The notes below the pieces were generated by a model. It saw nothing but the letters and a program-made list of their open reading frames with translations. It had not been told where the DNA came from and did not search any database. From Paramecium tetraurelia (taxonomy: Eukaryota): a stretch of DNA of 64,000 nucleotides. Every line of letters starts with the position of its first letter. Positions within the stretch are counted from its first letter, which is position 1. Shown piece after piece: positions 13,288 to 24,935 of the stretch. The position numbers and the translations under genes are program-made. The stretch spans positions 62,001 through 126,000 of the forward strand of contig CT868607.1 in the NCBI GenBank assembly GCA_000165425.1, read 5' to 3'.

Positions 13288-14841
13288 ATGAAAAAGGGAT
13301 AAGACCAATCAAATTCAAGCTTTCTCAGATACATAATTTTATTGCTTGCATGCTTAGCATTAGTAATTAATATGTGAATACCATAGTATGGAAATATGTT
13401 TATATTCGATTAACCTGCATTGTTGAAGGAACAAATAATGCAGACCTATAGTCCAATATATGGAGAGCAATTAACAGGCTTTTATTTCAGTTTTATGTAT
13501 TCCTTCTATTCCATTCCAAATATCATATTGCCTTTAGTTGGTGGGTTTATGAGTGATGTGTTTGGTAAAATAAACTTATATCATTTTAAGGCTATAGAAA
13601 AATGTCATTGATATTCATGTTCTTTGTGATTCTGGGTTAAGGCTTTTTATATTTTGGAAGTTCGGTAGCAAACCTTTAATATATGATATTGGGTAGATTT
13701 ATGTTTGGATTGGGTGGGGAATCTCTTTGTGTAGCAAGTTCGATTATCATTAATAAATGGTTTGTGGGAAAGGAGTTGTCATTTGCCAATGTAAACTATA
13801 CTTTAATAGTAGGCACTAAATTTGAGTTTGATCAGAAGTGCAACAGTGTTGGGAACTTATATTTCCCCAAGAATAGCTGAAAAATCAGGTATGACAACAG
13901 CCTTTGGAGTGGGTTTTGGTATTACTCTGATTTCTGGGGCTGCATTACTCATTATGAATTTCATTGATTCTTATACAGAGATCTTATAAAAACGAAATCT
14001 GTAGAAAACTGAAGGATTATTGGATAATAGCATTTAAGTAATGGATTTTGGAGAGCTTGTAAAACAAATATTGGAAGATATTAGAATGTTCCCTAAAGTA
14101 AAATACACAAATGAATCAATTTTTAGATTTTTTGGATCTTGACTTTAATAATGACCACTTTTTATACTTCAGTCTTAATTTTTATCTCCTTTTCAAGTGG
14201 CATAATAATTAAATTATGGTTGCCTTCAGATGCACCTATAGAATAGAATTAAGAAGTAGCTGGTGAATTGATGGGAATACCTTATTTGTGTTGTACATTT
14301 TTCAGTCCTTTTGTTGGATTGATGGTGGACAAAGTTGGCTAAAGAATTAAGTTTCTTGCGATTGGATGTGCATTAGTATTTTTAGGATTGGTTTTGATGC
14401 TGTTGTTTTATCCTATATTTTGCATGCTCACTTTGGGATTAGCCTATGCTCTCTTTGCCAGTACAATATGGACCAGCATTGCCTTTGTTGTAAAATAAAA
14501 ATAATTAGTAAGATTTGATTATATAAAGGGGCACAGCATTTGGCGTTATGAACTCTGTTCAAAATTTCGCCTTTTTTGTGATGCCATTATTCATAGCTTT
14601 CATTTCAGCAGAATCATCTTCCCAAGTATCAGTAGTCCTATTCTTTTTAATACTTGCTTCTGTTTCCTTAATTATAGCCATCTATTTACACACAGAAGAT
14701 CGAAATAGGCCAGGTAATTAGAATTCCTATAAAATAGTCTCATTGAATTCTAATGATCAAAAGAAACTAATGAATTTTGTTAATAACCATAATGAGGAAG
14801 GCGAAGAATTTGAAGAGGAAGAAATAATAGAAGCAAGATGA
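13288..14841 (+). CDS. Major facilitator superfamily transporter, MFSD1-like
   Basis: YSFYSIPNIILPLVGGFMSDVFG, GRFMFGLGGESLCVA, WFVGKELSFA and GLMVDKVGQR; about 12 hydrophobic segments; multiple mini-introns. Confidence 0.88.
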
Positions 14842-14984
14842 TAGAGTGTATATTAAATTTATACAACCTTTGGTTTAATTAATATTTATTAATGCAATTT
14901 TATTACTATTGTTTTATCCCAAAAATCTCAGACTAAATTACTAATTTTTTCTCAATTGCTATTGATCCTCAGAATATCTGTATT

Positions 14985-15055
14985 GCGTCTATAGTGTAAA
15001 GGTAGCACGATTTCCTTCCAAGCATTAGGATCGGGTTCGATTCCCGATAGGCGCA
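14985..15055 (+). tRNA. trnG-UCC: tRNA-Gly(UCC), variant copy with mispaired anticodon stem (possible pseudogene)
   Basis: Acceptor stem GCGTCTA/TAGGCGC, D-stem GTGT/GCAC, loop CTTCCAA, T-arm TCGGG-TTCGATT-CCCGA, with a T-run terminator just downstream. The anticodon stem ATTTC/GCATT has two mismatches. Confidence 0.85.
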
Positions 15056-15207
15056 AATATTTTTACTCCTTAAATCAATAGTAATTACAATCATGTGTAG
15101 AACCAACTCAACTTATATATTTTAATTGTTGTTTTTAAATATTCATTTGTTTTCCCCCTCTATCTCATCTATTATAAAATCCTAGAGATTATAAATTTTA
15201 TAGTCTA

Positions 15208-15279
15208 GCGTCTATAGTATAGAGGTTCGTACGAATGCCTTCCAAGCATTTAGGTCGGGTTCGAGTCCCGATAGACGCA
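15208..15279 (+). tRNA. trnG-UCC: tRNA-Gly(UCC)
   Basis: Full cloverleaf: GCGTCTA/TAGACGC, AATGC-CTTCCAA-GCATT, TCGGG-TTCGAGT-CCCGA; followed by a T6 Pol III terminator. Confidence 0.96.
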
Positions 15280-15452
15280 ACTTTTTTAAATTTTTAATGA
15301 CAAGATCAATAGGTAAACCCAATAATCAGTGTTTATTATAACATAAATTTAGATTTAAATTTGGTAATAGTTGCCAATCTATAAGATTTATTTATATATT
15401 GGACTTTGTTATATCGTTACAAAACCAATAAGATTGTAAATTTTATAGGCTA

Positions 15453-15524
15453 GCGTCTATAGTATAGAGGTTCGTACGAATGCCTTCCAAGCATTTAGGT
15501 CGGGTTCGAGTCCCGATAGACGCA
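15453..15524 (+). tRNA. trnG-UCC: tRNA-Gly(UCC), identical to 15208-15279
   Basis: Same 72-nt sequence, a near-identical 22-nt upstream flank and a T5 terminator. Confidence 0.96.
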
Positions 15525-15788
15525 ACTTTTTAAATTTTTTTTATTATGAGATTAAACCTACTCTAAATTGTGTACTCTCTAGTTTTTCTGAAAATCGAAA
15601 CAGGATTATATTGAAAAAGATATTTTCATTTTTTTATAAATATATAGCGAAAGACTATTAGTTTCATTAACAGTATATTCAAAATTTTTTAAATTTGAGG
15701 TATTTCATCAAGGAGTATCAATTATTGGTTTGAAATGAAGGAGTCTTGGAACTATTTAGAATTACTAAAATTTAATTTTATTAATATT

Positions 15789-16464
15789 ATGTTTGATAAA
15801 AGTTTTAATTATTACATTCCAAAAACAAGTTCGAATAGCGATTATGAGTAAAGAGAAAAAAAGGATTTAAAAAAATAGTTTAGATATGTATCAGTAAATA
15901 AAATGGTGCCGTCTGACAAAGATAATTATATTCCTCTTGTAAGTCCATAATTATCTGCCTATGCAAAACCAAGTGAGAGAATTAAATTATAACAAAAATT
16001 AATGAGAGTCAGATAAAATAGATCTCTTAATTTATATTCTGCCAAACATGATCCATTCAATGTAACTCTTTATTTTTATTAAGCATTGCACTGATGAGTC
16101 CTAATTAACAAGTGAGGATTAATTATTAAAGATAGTTGGAGGCCAAATGTTGTAAACTGGCGAAAAGTGTTAGTCTGTTCAACGCAAGTATAGGAGGAAG
16201 CCTAAGAGTAAAATTATAATATTAGGTTTTGTAGCTCATCGGAATATATTTTCATTGTATGTATAAGAATCATTAGAGCTCAACTAATTGAGAAAGAAAA
16301 TGAATCCATAACTGAATTATAGTAGGATGGACTCTCATATAGCCTAAAGATTCAATAAAACATAAATTGGGTTTAACAATTCTTTTGATTCAAATTAATA
16401 TGGATTTTTATAATAGGGAAGAAGGTGTTAAATGCAGTAGAAGTTCAAAGATTTTTTAAATTGA
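15789..16464 (+). CDS. Hypothetical basic protein
   Basis: MFDKSFNYYIPKTSSNSDYEQREKK...; open in code 6 with a 22-nt intron at ~16062-16083 and ending KFKDFLN-TGA. Confidence 0.6.
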
Positions 16465-16502
16465 TTGTATAATTAATTATATAACTTATAAATTTATTCA
16501 CA

Positions 16503-17802
16503 TCAACTATTCGTTGGTTTAAGATATTGTTGCCATTTATCATTTGGTAGATCTCTGAAATAATTTAAGTAGTCTAACGTTGGATCCATTACCCACTATT
16601 AAACAATGATTATCAACTTACTCTCTTAACAGTAACTAAGTTAGTCTCACTAAACCATTCAATATGACCCCCTTTTTAAGTTAAAGCAAATATTAAATTT
16701 GGCATGTGTCTGTGTAATTAAATAGGGGCTAATTTCCATGGTATTAGTGGGTCATTCTTGGTATTAACAAATAAAGTGGGTACTGTAATATCCTTAATAT
16801 ATTGTATTGAAGAATTTGCCTTAGTTTAACAAAGAGCGTTACCCTATACATTTACTCAACTGATTCGTATTTTTACAAATGTCTTGTAAAATAATGATCA
16901 AAATCGTAAATGGTTCTTGCTTCAAATACCTTTTTGATGTCAATATTATGTTCATCAAAACATGCATTCATTACATCCAAATGTTTATTCAGCAACCACT
17001 TGAAATGCTTAGTGAGATAATAGATATATAAATAGTTGTACCATCTATCCAAATTTTCAAAGCAAGCCTAAATCAATAGAACATAAAATACACCAATAAA
17101 TCAAATGGATTGGCTATACAAACAATAGATTTGAATGCACATTTCTCCTTCGTAATTCCTGCATATTTAGCTGCCAAATTCGCCCCAATTGAAATGGCTA
17201 CACATTATAATGTTGCCTCGGGATATCTTTGTTTTATCAAATCTATAATTTCCATCATATCAGAGGGGTCTCCATGATTATGGTATTAAGGTGTCTTTTT
17301 AATTTAAATAATACAGATAATTTTGTAAATCCGACTCCTCTGTTATTAAAACAAACAGCCGTATAACCAGCATCATAAAGTCTCTCTAATGTATCTTTTA
17401 TATAATTGCAATCTCCTCCACCTGTCAATCCATGTAAGACTAATACAATATTCTTGGTATCATTGATTTTCCAATCCAATGCCACCTGACCTCCATCTTT
17501 CAATGTCACCATTTCTCGTTGTTGTAAGGGCACCATTTGATGTTCAACTAAAGTAACATAGGTTAACCCAAAGATATTATTCGTACTCCAAATACTTGGA
17601 TTAAAATGCCCCTATCTTTGTTATTTTTCATTACTGTGATATTTGGACATTTTGATAGCAGATGTTTGTTATTCTCTGTGTTCTAATAGAAGACTTCGAT
17701 TTCTGTATTATACATGCAATCATATATATGTTGACCAAGCAGCGCAAATGAAGCTCCAGCAACCAATTTCCACTTAGGAATACAAAAAAGCTTTTTTATC
17801 AT
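16503..17802 (-). CDS. Alpha/beta hydrolase, ABHD1-3/YheT family
   Basis: LKDGGQVALDW, VLHGLTGGG, FNNRG, nucleophile AISIGAN, NTKNDPLI (Asp) and GGHIEWF (His). Confidence 0.9.
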
Positions 17803-18229
17803 GTATTAAATAATAAATAAACTTTTGTTTATTCCTAATAATCAAATCGTCTTAAAAATTTGATGTATAATCAATTGGAATGATATCAAGTAATATAATT
17901 AAAGATTATTATTAATGAGTAGAATTTTTGATAAAAATGATTACAAATGACAAAATTTAAATATTCATTCGTAAAAATTTAAAATAATAAAAATCTAATT
18001 TAATAAGCTAAAAACGTATATTCTATAGTAAAATAAACTTTGTCTATTAATGCCAAATCATAAATAAATAATAAGACATTCTACTTACACTCTAAAACTA
18101 AAGTGTTCTTTTAAATAAGCCTATAATGGAATGATTATAAAATTTAAGATCAAACAACATTTGAAATGATCAATTTTAGGGTATTATTAAGATGGCATTT
18201 TATTGTAAATCCAAATAATTTATAGAAAA

Positions 18230-20173
18230 TCAATACTTCTTTAATTTTTTTCTATTAGTAGGTTTGCAATCATACGATTTTCTTTGTAATAACTCTTCCA
18301 AACATTGCAAATTGTAATCATCCAGAGATACAACTATAAATATTTTTGGATACTCTAAAGTAAGTGATTTATCGGTCAGATATTCAAATCCAGTACCGCA
18401 AATCATAGAACAAAATGCGACATCAATTTTTTCGATTGATTTACATTTTAAGAATATATTCTATTTATATTAATTAAATTACTTTTAAACCATCATCTGT
18501 AATCATTTTTGATCTTATTTTTAGCTACTTAATATCTGGATTATGGGTACAAAGTTATCTGCAGTACTCATCGTCAACAAATCCTCCAAAACTGAATTTA
18601 AATATTCCTTTTGTATAATATTATTAATTACCTTTCAATTGTTAAAATATTCTCTCATCAAATAAAACAGTATGTTTTAAGGGAGTTAAATTTTTCATTT
18701 ATAATTCCCCTATGGATAACTTAATGATGTCATTATTGATTTAAAGGAAATTTAGAAATTGGGTTATTTGATTTGAGTTTAATATAGAAAATATGATTGT
18801 TCCAATTTTAATTTTCTATTTTATAGAATTAATGGGATTAGTTTCGTTCTGTTAACAATATTTCAAAAAGAAATCTACTTGTAAAAATGGAATTCTAATG
18901 TAATGAAGTTATTTTAATTAAAAGATTGATAAATATGATGTAAAGGCAATTTCTTCATTTAATTGACCCTTATCCTTCTCTACTAATTTTAGCCTTTCGA
19001 GATTGGTAAGTTTTTAAGAAATTAGTGTTATAGTATCACTTGTAATTTTAGAGTTGTAAGGTAACACTAAGGTTTTTAAGTTGACACATTACAAAATAAA
19101 TTTAGAACACAATTTATCAGTCAAAGCATGATAATCTTTTAAATCTAAAGTTAGTAGAAGTGAGATTGAACTTATTCTGACATCTTGTAATTGAGTAGGC
19201 TTGATATTCTTCAAGGATCCAAAACTTAGGTGTTTCAATTTTGAAAATTTGATCAAAGAACTACACAAAATTTCATAGGGGATCTCTCCAACATGTTTAT
19301 ATGATAATTTACGAATTAAGTTATTAATCGATTATTCAAACTATTTGTTTATCAATCTCAATCCCAACAATTACAGAGAATCTATATATGACAATACTTG
19401 GGTCCAAATGAACAAGGGTAACTAGAATTTAATATTTAATTATTTAATTGGAATAGCAGGTTCTTATGATTTGGTCTTTATTATTTACTTTTAGATCTAT
19501 TCGCTTTATTATTATTATTATAATTGCTATTATTACGAAGCTAATAATTTCCTCTGTAATTTCAGTCTTTAGATTACGTTTAATTCTCTTTTCTCTTGTG
19601 TATCTTTAGGGGGGATTTCAGGTTGTGATTGCTAGACCTCTTTTGTTGGGAGATTTTAAGTGTTCTTTCGGTGATTAATTAGTTGTTTTTTATCATTTTA
19701 TAATTCTAAGGATAATGTAATCTATAGATACAAATCAATACAGATCTAAATTATTCCAGTATTTCATTAGGACATTCATAAAGAGAGAGAATTTTATCTG
19801 CAAATTATAAATTGAGTGTTTATTATCTCACTTCAGATTTAGATAAATTTATGCTTTCGTCTAAGTTGAAGCAAAGTAATTCCTCTCCATTGCAGAAGAC
19901 TTTTATATAAACTTCCATTTCGAGAGGTTTTTTATCAATAACCTCTTTAGTTTCTTCTTTTGCCTATTTTTGGCGGGAAAACATCTATTCTAAAGTAGGT
20001 TATTTGAGTTTAATTGGTTGTTAGATGATTGGTGCAGCTTGAGCTGGATATCTTTCATATAAGGAAATAACCACTTTTCTTAGTAAACCTTTTTCCCCTT
20101 TGAATAATAATTTGATATTGTTTCTATACACACAACACTAGCAATTGATTTCTTAAATTTTTTTAATTTACAT
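18230..20173 (-). CDS. F-box and leucine-rich-repeat protein
   Basis: F-box-like LPLFIWTQVLSYIDSLQLLGLRLINKQF (~19340-19422), followed by LRR-like segments (LKHLSF, LKTLVL, IDVAFC). Confidence 0.7.
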
Positions 20174-20853
20174 AAAAATTATTGAGATTGAAAATTCCCT
20201 CAAAATCAATATAACCAATATTTCTGACTTGTATTTTCATAATAAAGTTGAAAATAACTATCCTTTAACTGAAATGGCAATCTTTATTAGAAGAAGAATT
20301 AAAAAGAGTAGAAATTGAGAATTCAAATCATCCACATGTCATATTTTATAATAGAGGATGTTTATGCTAAATAACTTTGAATAAAAATTAACATCTAATT
20401 TTGAAAGTCAGAATTAAATAAAGACACACGATAAAATTAGAGAATTCAAAACAATTTAAGGGACACATTATAAATTATAGTTTAGAATAAACAAGAATGT
20501 TCCATTTAATGATATTTAGAGGATTCTTTAAATTATATTGCAAAGTTCATTTGAGTTCATTGAATAGGATAGTTATTCTAATCATGTTGTTAGAAAAATA
20601 ATTAAATTTTCGAGATATAGAAAAGGAGTATAATAGGAAACAACAGTTTGAGATCCTTCTATACTTTACTCAATGATATCTAATTAAAAATAATAATCTA
20701 TTGTTCAAACATAGTGAATACTTAAATAAAGCAATTAGAATTTGTCAGTAACTATGTAAGTAAAATTAAATGAACAGAGTTCAAGATATAAGGTTCCATC
20801 TTCAAAGGAAGGGCTACTATATATTCTGAAAAAAATATACTGCTTGAATAAGA

Positions 20854-22511
20854 ATGATTGTGATTATAAAATATAATTAATTGAATGATTTAAAAAAAAC
20901 AAAAAGCGCTTCAATCAATTGTGAATTATAGAAATACCTCAAAAAAAAGATTTCAATAGAGTCCTTCAATGAAGAAACTAGACAAATCATCTAATCATAG
21001 CAATTTCTCTTTACGAATAAAAACATGTTTAAATTATATTTAATAAGGAAGAATAAAGTATATCCCCGAAAGCAATCTAAAAAACTTCAGAGAGTTAGAT
21101 GGATGAGTTATAAAATAAATCTAAAATTCAGATAATCTTCTCGCATGAAGAAAAGCTTCATAATTTCTTATTTGCTTATGAGTATGATAAACTTGTTTAA
21201 GATTAGAGCAACTACTGATCATTTGTTACAATAAGCTCGCAAAATAGTTCCAACAATAAGTGCAGTAGTGACAACCAACTCAAATTTGGCCATCGATTAT
21301 TATCTGCAATTACCAAATTAAAATTTAAGTGTATTCCAAGGACGTATCATCACTGTTTAAGGAGTGCCAGGGTTATTGGCATTGAAATCTAAGACAGGAT
21401 TGAGAGACTTTATATTTATAAAATGCATCGGAGTGGGTGGATTTTCAAGAGTGTATTTGGTTAAAAAGAAATAGTCAAGTCGATTCTATGCGATGAAAAT
21501 AATAGACAAGAAAATAATTATTGAGAAAAAGATTGAAAGTACATAATACATTATATAGATATAATTGAGAATGAACGCAACATTCTAGCTGTGACTCAAC
21601 ATCCTTTTCTTAATAAATTAGAATATGCTCTAGAATGTCCAAACCATCTAATATTCATCACTGAATTCTGTGCAGGAGGTGATCTGCTCTATTACTTATA
21701 AAAATATCACGTGTTTACTGAAACTCAAGCAAGATTCTACATTATAGAATTTATATTGGGATTAATATATTTGCATCAGTTGGATATCATATATAGAGAC
21801 ATTAAACCAGAAAACATATTAATCGATATTACAGGTCATATTCAAATTGCTGACTTTGGACTTGCAAAGCCCACAAGAAATGAATATGCTTATAGTTTTT
21901 GTGGAAGTCCTGAGTACATGGCTCCAGAAATGCTAACTAATTAGGGACATAATTAATAATTGGATCATTATTGTTTAGGTGTCCTATTATATGAATTGGT
22001 GGTGGGACAACCTCCCTTCTATTCTGAAGACATCAATAAAATCTATGAGAATATAATTTTAAAGGAAGTTGAGTTCCCAAAAAATAACACTTTGAGTAAT
22101 GAAATCAAGGATTTGATTGTGAGATTATTGGATAAGGATCAAAAGAGTAGGATTGGACATTAGGGAGGGTTACTGGAGATATTGGATCATAAATGGTTTG
22201 AAAGTGTCGATTTAATAAAGTTCCTTTACAGAAAAGTGAATCCCCCCTTCTAACCAGATGTGTTCAAACCTCCAGCTCTATCAAAAGAATATAAGGATGG
22301 GGATTTAGATCTTATTAGGAGATTGCTAGATAGAAATGTTTAGGGGACCACCATGTTTCAAAACTTTTATTATGATTAGTCAGTAGAATTGGATATACGA
22401 TTAGAACAGTAAAAGTTCCTTAAGTTCTATCATTAATTGATAGAGCAGTAGAATAGTAAGATGCAGAGAAGGTAAAAAATCAAATTCATGAGAAAAAGCA
22501 GATTAGTATGA
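20854..22511 (+). CDS. AGC-group Ser/Thr protein kinase
   Basis: IGVGGFSRVYLV, YAMK, YRDIKPEN, ADFGLAK, SFCGSPEYMAPE and an AGC tail (PPFQP). The start is uncertain: the frame is open from ATG 20854, and further upstream exons are possible. Confidence 0.9.
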
Positions 22512-22546
22512 CTATATGAAGAATATTTAAATATTAATTAAATAAA

Positions 22547-24276
22547 ATGGAAATTTAAGACAACAATATTCCCAATCTCTAAAATGTACCCATAGTTACT
22601 GGGCAGCCAGTGTAATAGGAAGAACAGATCATCTTGACTAAGGTTAATGCTGATATAGAGACGAAAAAACACGTGTGCATTCATTGGTGCTTATTTTTTG
22701 TTCTGGTTACTATTTTTGTGTTGACATCTGTCTTTATGCCAGACTCAACTAAATATGTATAGATGGAATATCCTTGCTTATAAAAAGGCGAACCCCCTTT
22801 GGGATAAGAATCTTGGTTTGAAGAGAACAAATAATTATTGTAAATTTTAAATTAGATTCTAATAGTTGCAATCAAAGTGGGACCAACTATACAGTTATTA
22901 GAAAATTGGGTTAAAAGAATCAATTTTTAATAATCTATGGGCAATTCAGTTTTTCTACTCCTCAAGGATTTTAAATCTCCTACATCAATTATACAGCTAC
23001 GTTATTTGGATTAACCTAAGATCAACAAAAAACAGGGAATCTAACGGAGAATCTCATAACAAGTAAAGATCACTCAATAACATCTAATTGTTAAACAAAT
23101 TATGATGAAAGTGAGGTAGAAAATGAAGATTTTCAAGAAAATCAAGAAAATAATCGACCTAGTGGAAATAGATTATTATAAAGAGGTGGCAATAATCCTC
23201 CACCTCCTCCTCCTCAACAGAATTATTAAGGCGACTATGATGCTTAAATTTGCGATTGGAATGTTTTGGTATACGTTCCAATTCTAGATTATCACGACTA
23301 CCTCTTTGTTATCGATTTCAGATAAATTAATATGACAAGTTAAGCCAAAATAGTCTTAGAAGGAGTAACTGTTGATCCAAGTTACTCAGATTCAGTCTTG
23401 GCAGTGAGATATACCTTTTTTGCATTTTCAGTACTCACACTAGCACTTTTTGGATACAGAATCAAACAATTGGCTATGCATAATTGGGTCATTGAACAAA
23501 AGTTTGTGGTAGTTTTAAGTTTTCTTTTGCCTTGGTTTAATGACCCTCTCTATGCGGCTACTTTATTGGCTCCAAACAGAGTCACTGCTGTGATCGGAGT
23601 CATATTCTTCAGTAATTTCATCTGTTGTCTCTTCCTTTATTGGCTTGTACTCTATCACAGAATTGTGGTTGAGAATGGAAGTAAAAACAGCGCTTCGCTC
23701 ACTAAACCTAAGGTTTTGGTTTGTGGTCTTTTATGGCTGTTTTTTGTGGTCTCTTATTCAATCTTGGTGATTCAATATACCAAAGACCCCACTACTAGTT
23801 TTGATGACTTCCATCACAGAGCCTACATGGCATTTAAGGTGCTCTCATTCTTATTTTCGTTTGCTATTTTTGTGTATTTACTAAAATACCTGATTCAGTT
23901 TTGTAAATGTTATGAGACTAGACTGTGGCGATATAAGCTGATTGGATTGTTCAACATATTTTTTATGATGTGTTTGGGATTGTTCATTTTATCTGGATCT
24001 TTTGAAATCTATAATCTCACTGGAACGGAAGTGCTTATTTCCATAAGTATATTAAATTTGTACATCTATTATCAATAATACTTGTGGAGTCCCAGCAAGA
24101 AGGGACTAGCAGAATAGTCCCATTCTGATTAGAACATGATGGTCAGTAATAGGGATTATGAAGAATTGGAACTTGACAACATCCACATCAATTAGGCCAA
24201 TGTTGTGGATGATAAATTCTAGGGTGTGGATGAAAAATTCTAGGTGGAGGATGACAAGGTTATGTTGCCTGAATGA
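22547..24276 (+). CDS. TMEM181-like multi-pass membrane protein
   Basis: HNWVIEQKFVVVLSFLLPWFNDPLY and FLYWLVLYH recall the TMEM181 W-IEQKW-LL-LL-NDP motif. N-terminal TM, luminal domain, then about 7 TMs and an acidic tail. Confidence 0.78.
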
Positions 24277-24325
24277 TAATATATATATATATTCAAAATC
24301 ATTTTTTAATAATTAAATCTTAAAC

Positions 24326-24852
24326 ATGAAAGAAATAAAAAGTGATTCCTTGTCACATACTACATTTTAAGATCAAAGCACAACAGACCTCATCATCCAA
24401 CAACAACTATCTCAACTAACCAAATAGAAGCAGCGGCAGAATCAAAAGACTGTTAAGAAGGAGAAGATCAATAAATTTAAGAATTGGAGTTAAGAAGACA
24501 CCAAGAAATTTTTTAGAAGTCTCCAACTATTTGGAACTGATTTCTACATGATCAATTATTTGTTCAATGACAGAACCAGAACCCAACTAAAGGTACTTCT
24601 ATTCATTGATTATTCCCCTAGCGTAAATTCAAGAAGGAGAGAAATAATGCTGAACTCCAAGCCTCCTTGAAAAAATGCAGAAGAACAAAAATTATGAAAT
24701 TGAAAGAGAGGTTGTCTATTTTAAAGACTGAGCATCAATAAATCAATAAGGCTGAAACCTTAACTTAATTCACCAGGAAGAGATTCGAATCACTGGCTAG
24801 TGTAGATAGTTTGGATATATAACTTGTGGAAGAACTCCGACATTTAGAATGA
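24326..24852 (+). CDS. Small Bdp1 (TFIIIB B'')-type SANT-domain protein (~165 aa)
   Basis: WSQEDTKKFFRSLQLFGTDFYMINYLFNDRTRTQLKRKFKKE matches the Bdp1 SANT signature; one 29-nt intron. Confidence 0.82.
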
Positions 24853-24935
24853 CTTCTGTTATTAGTTTGTTTAATTAAGGCTCATATCAAGCCAACCACT
24901 ATTATTTTAACAACGCAACCAATAAAATATAATTA

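Noticed and set aside
16084..16170. CTGATGA-GTCC...GGAT resembling a hammerhead ribozyme core or snoRNA C box
   Set aside because: No GAAA follows stem II, no stems I/III are evident, and the segment reads as coding sequence (HCTDESQLTSED).
24204..24260. Short direct repeat gtggatga(t/a)aaattctagg
   Set aside because: A small in-frame duplication (VDDKFQGVDEKFQ) in the acidic tail of the TMEM181-like protein; not an array.
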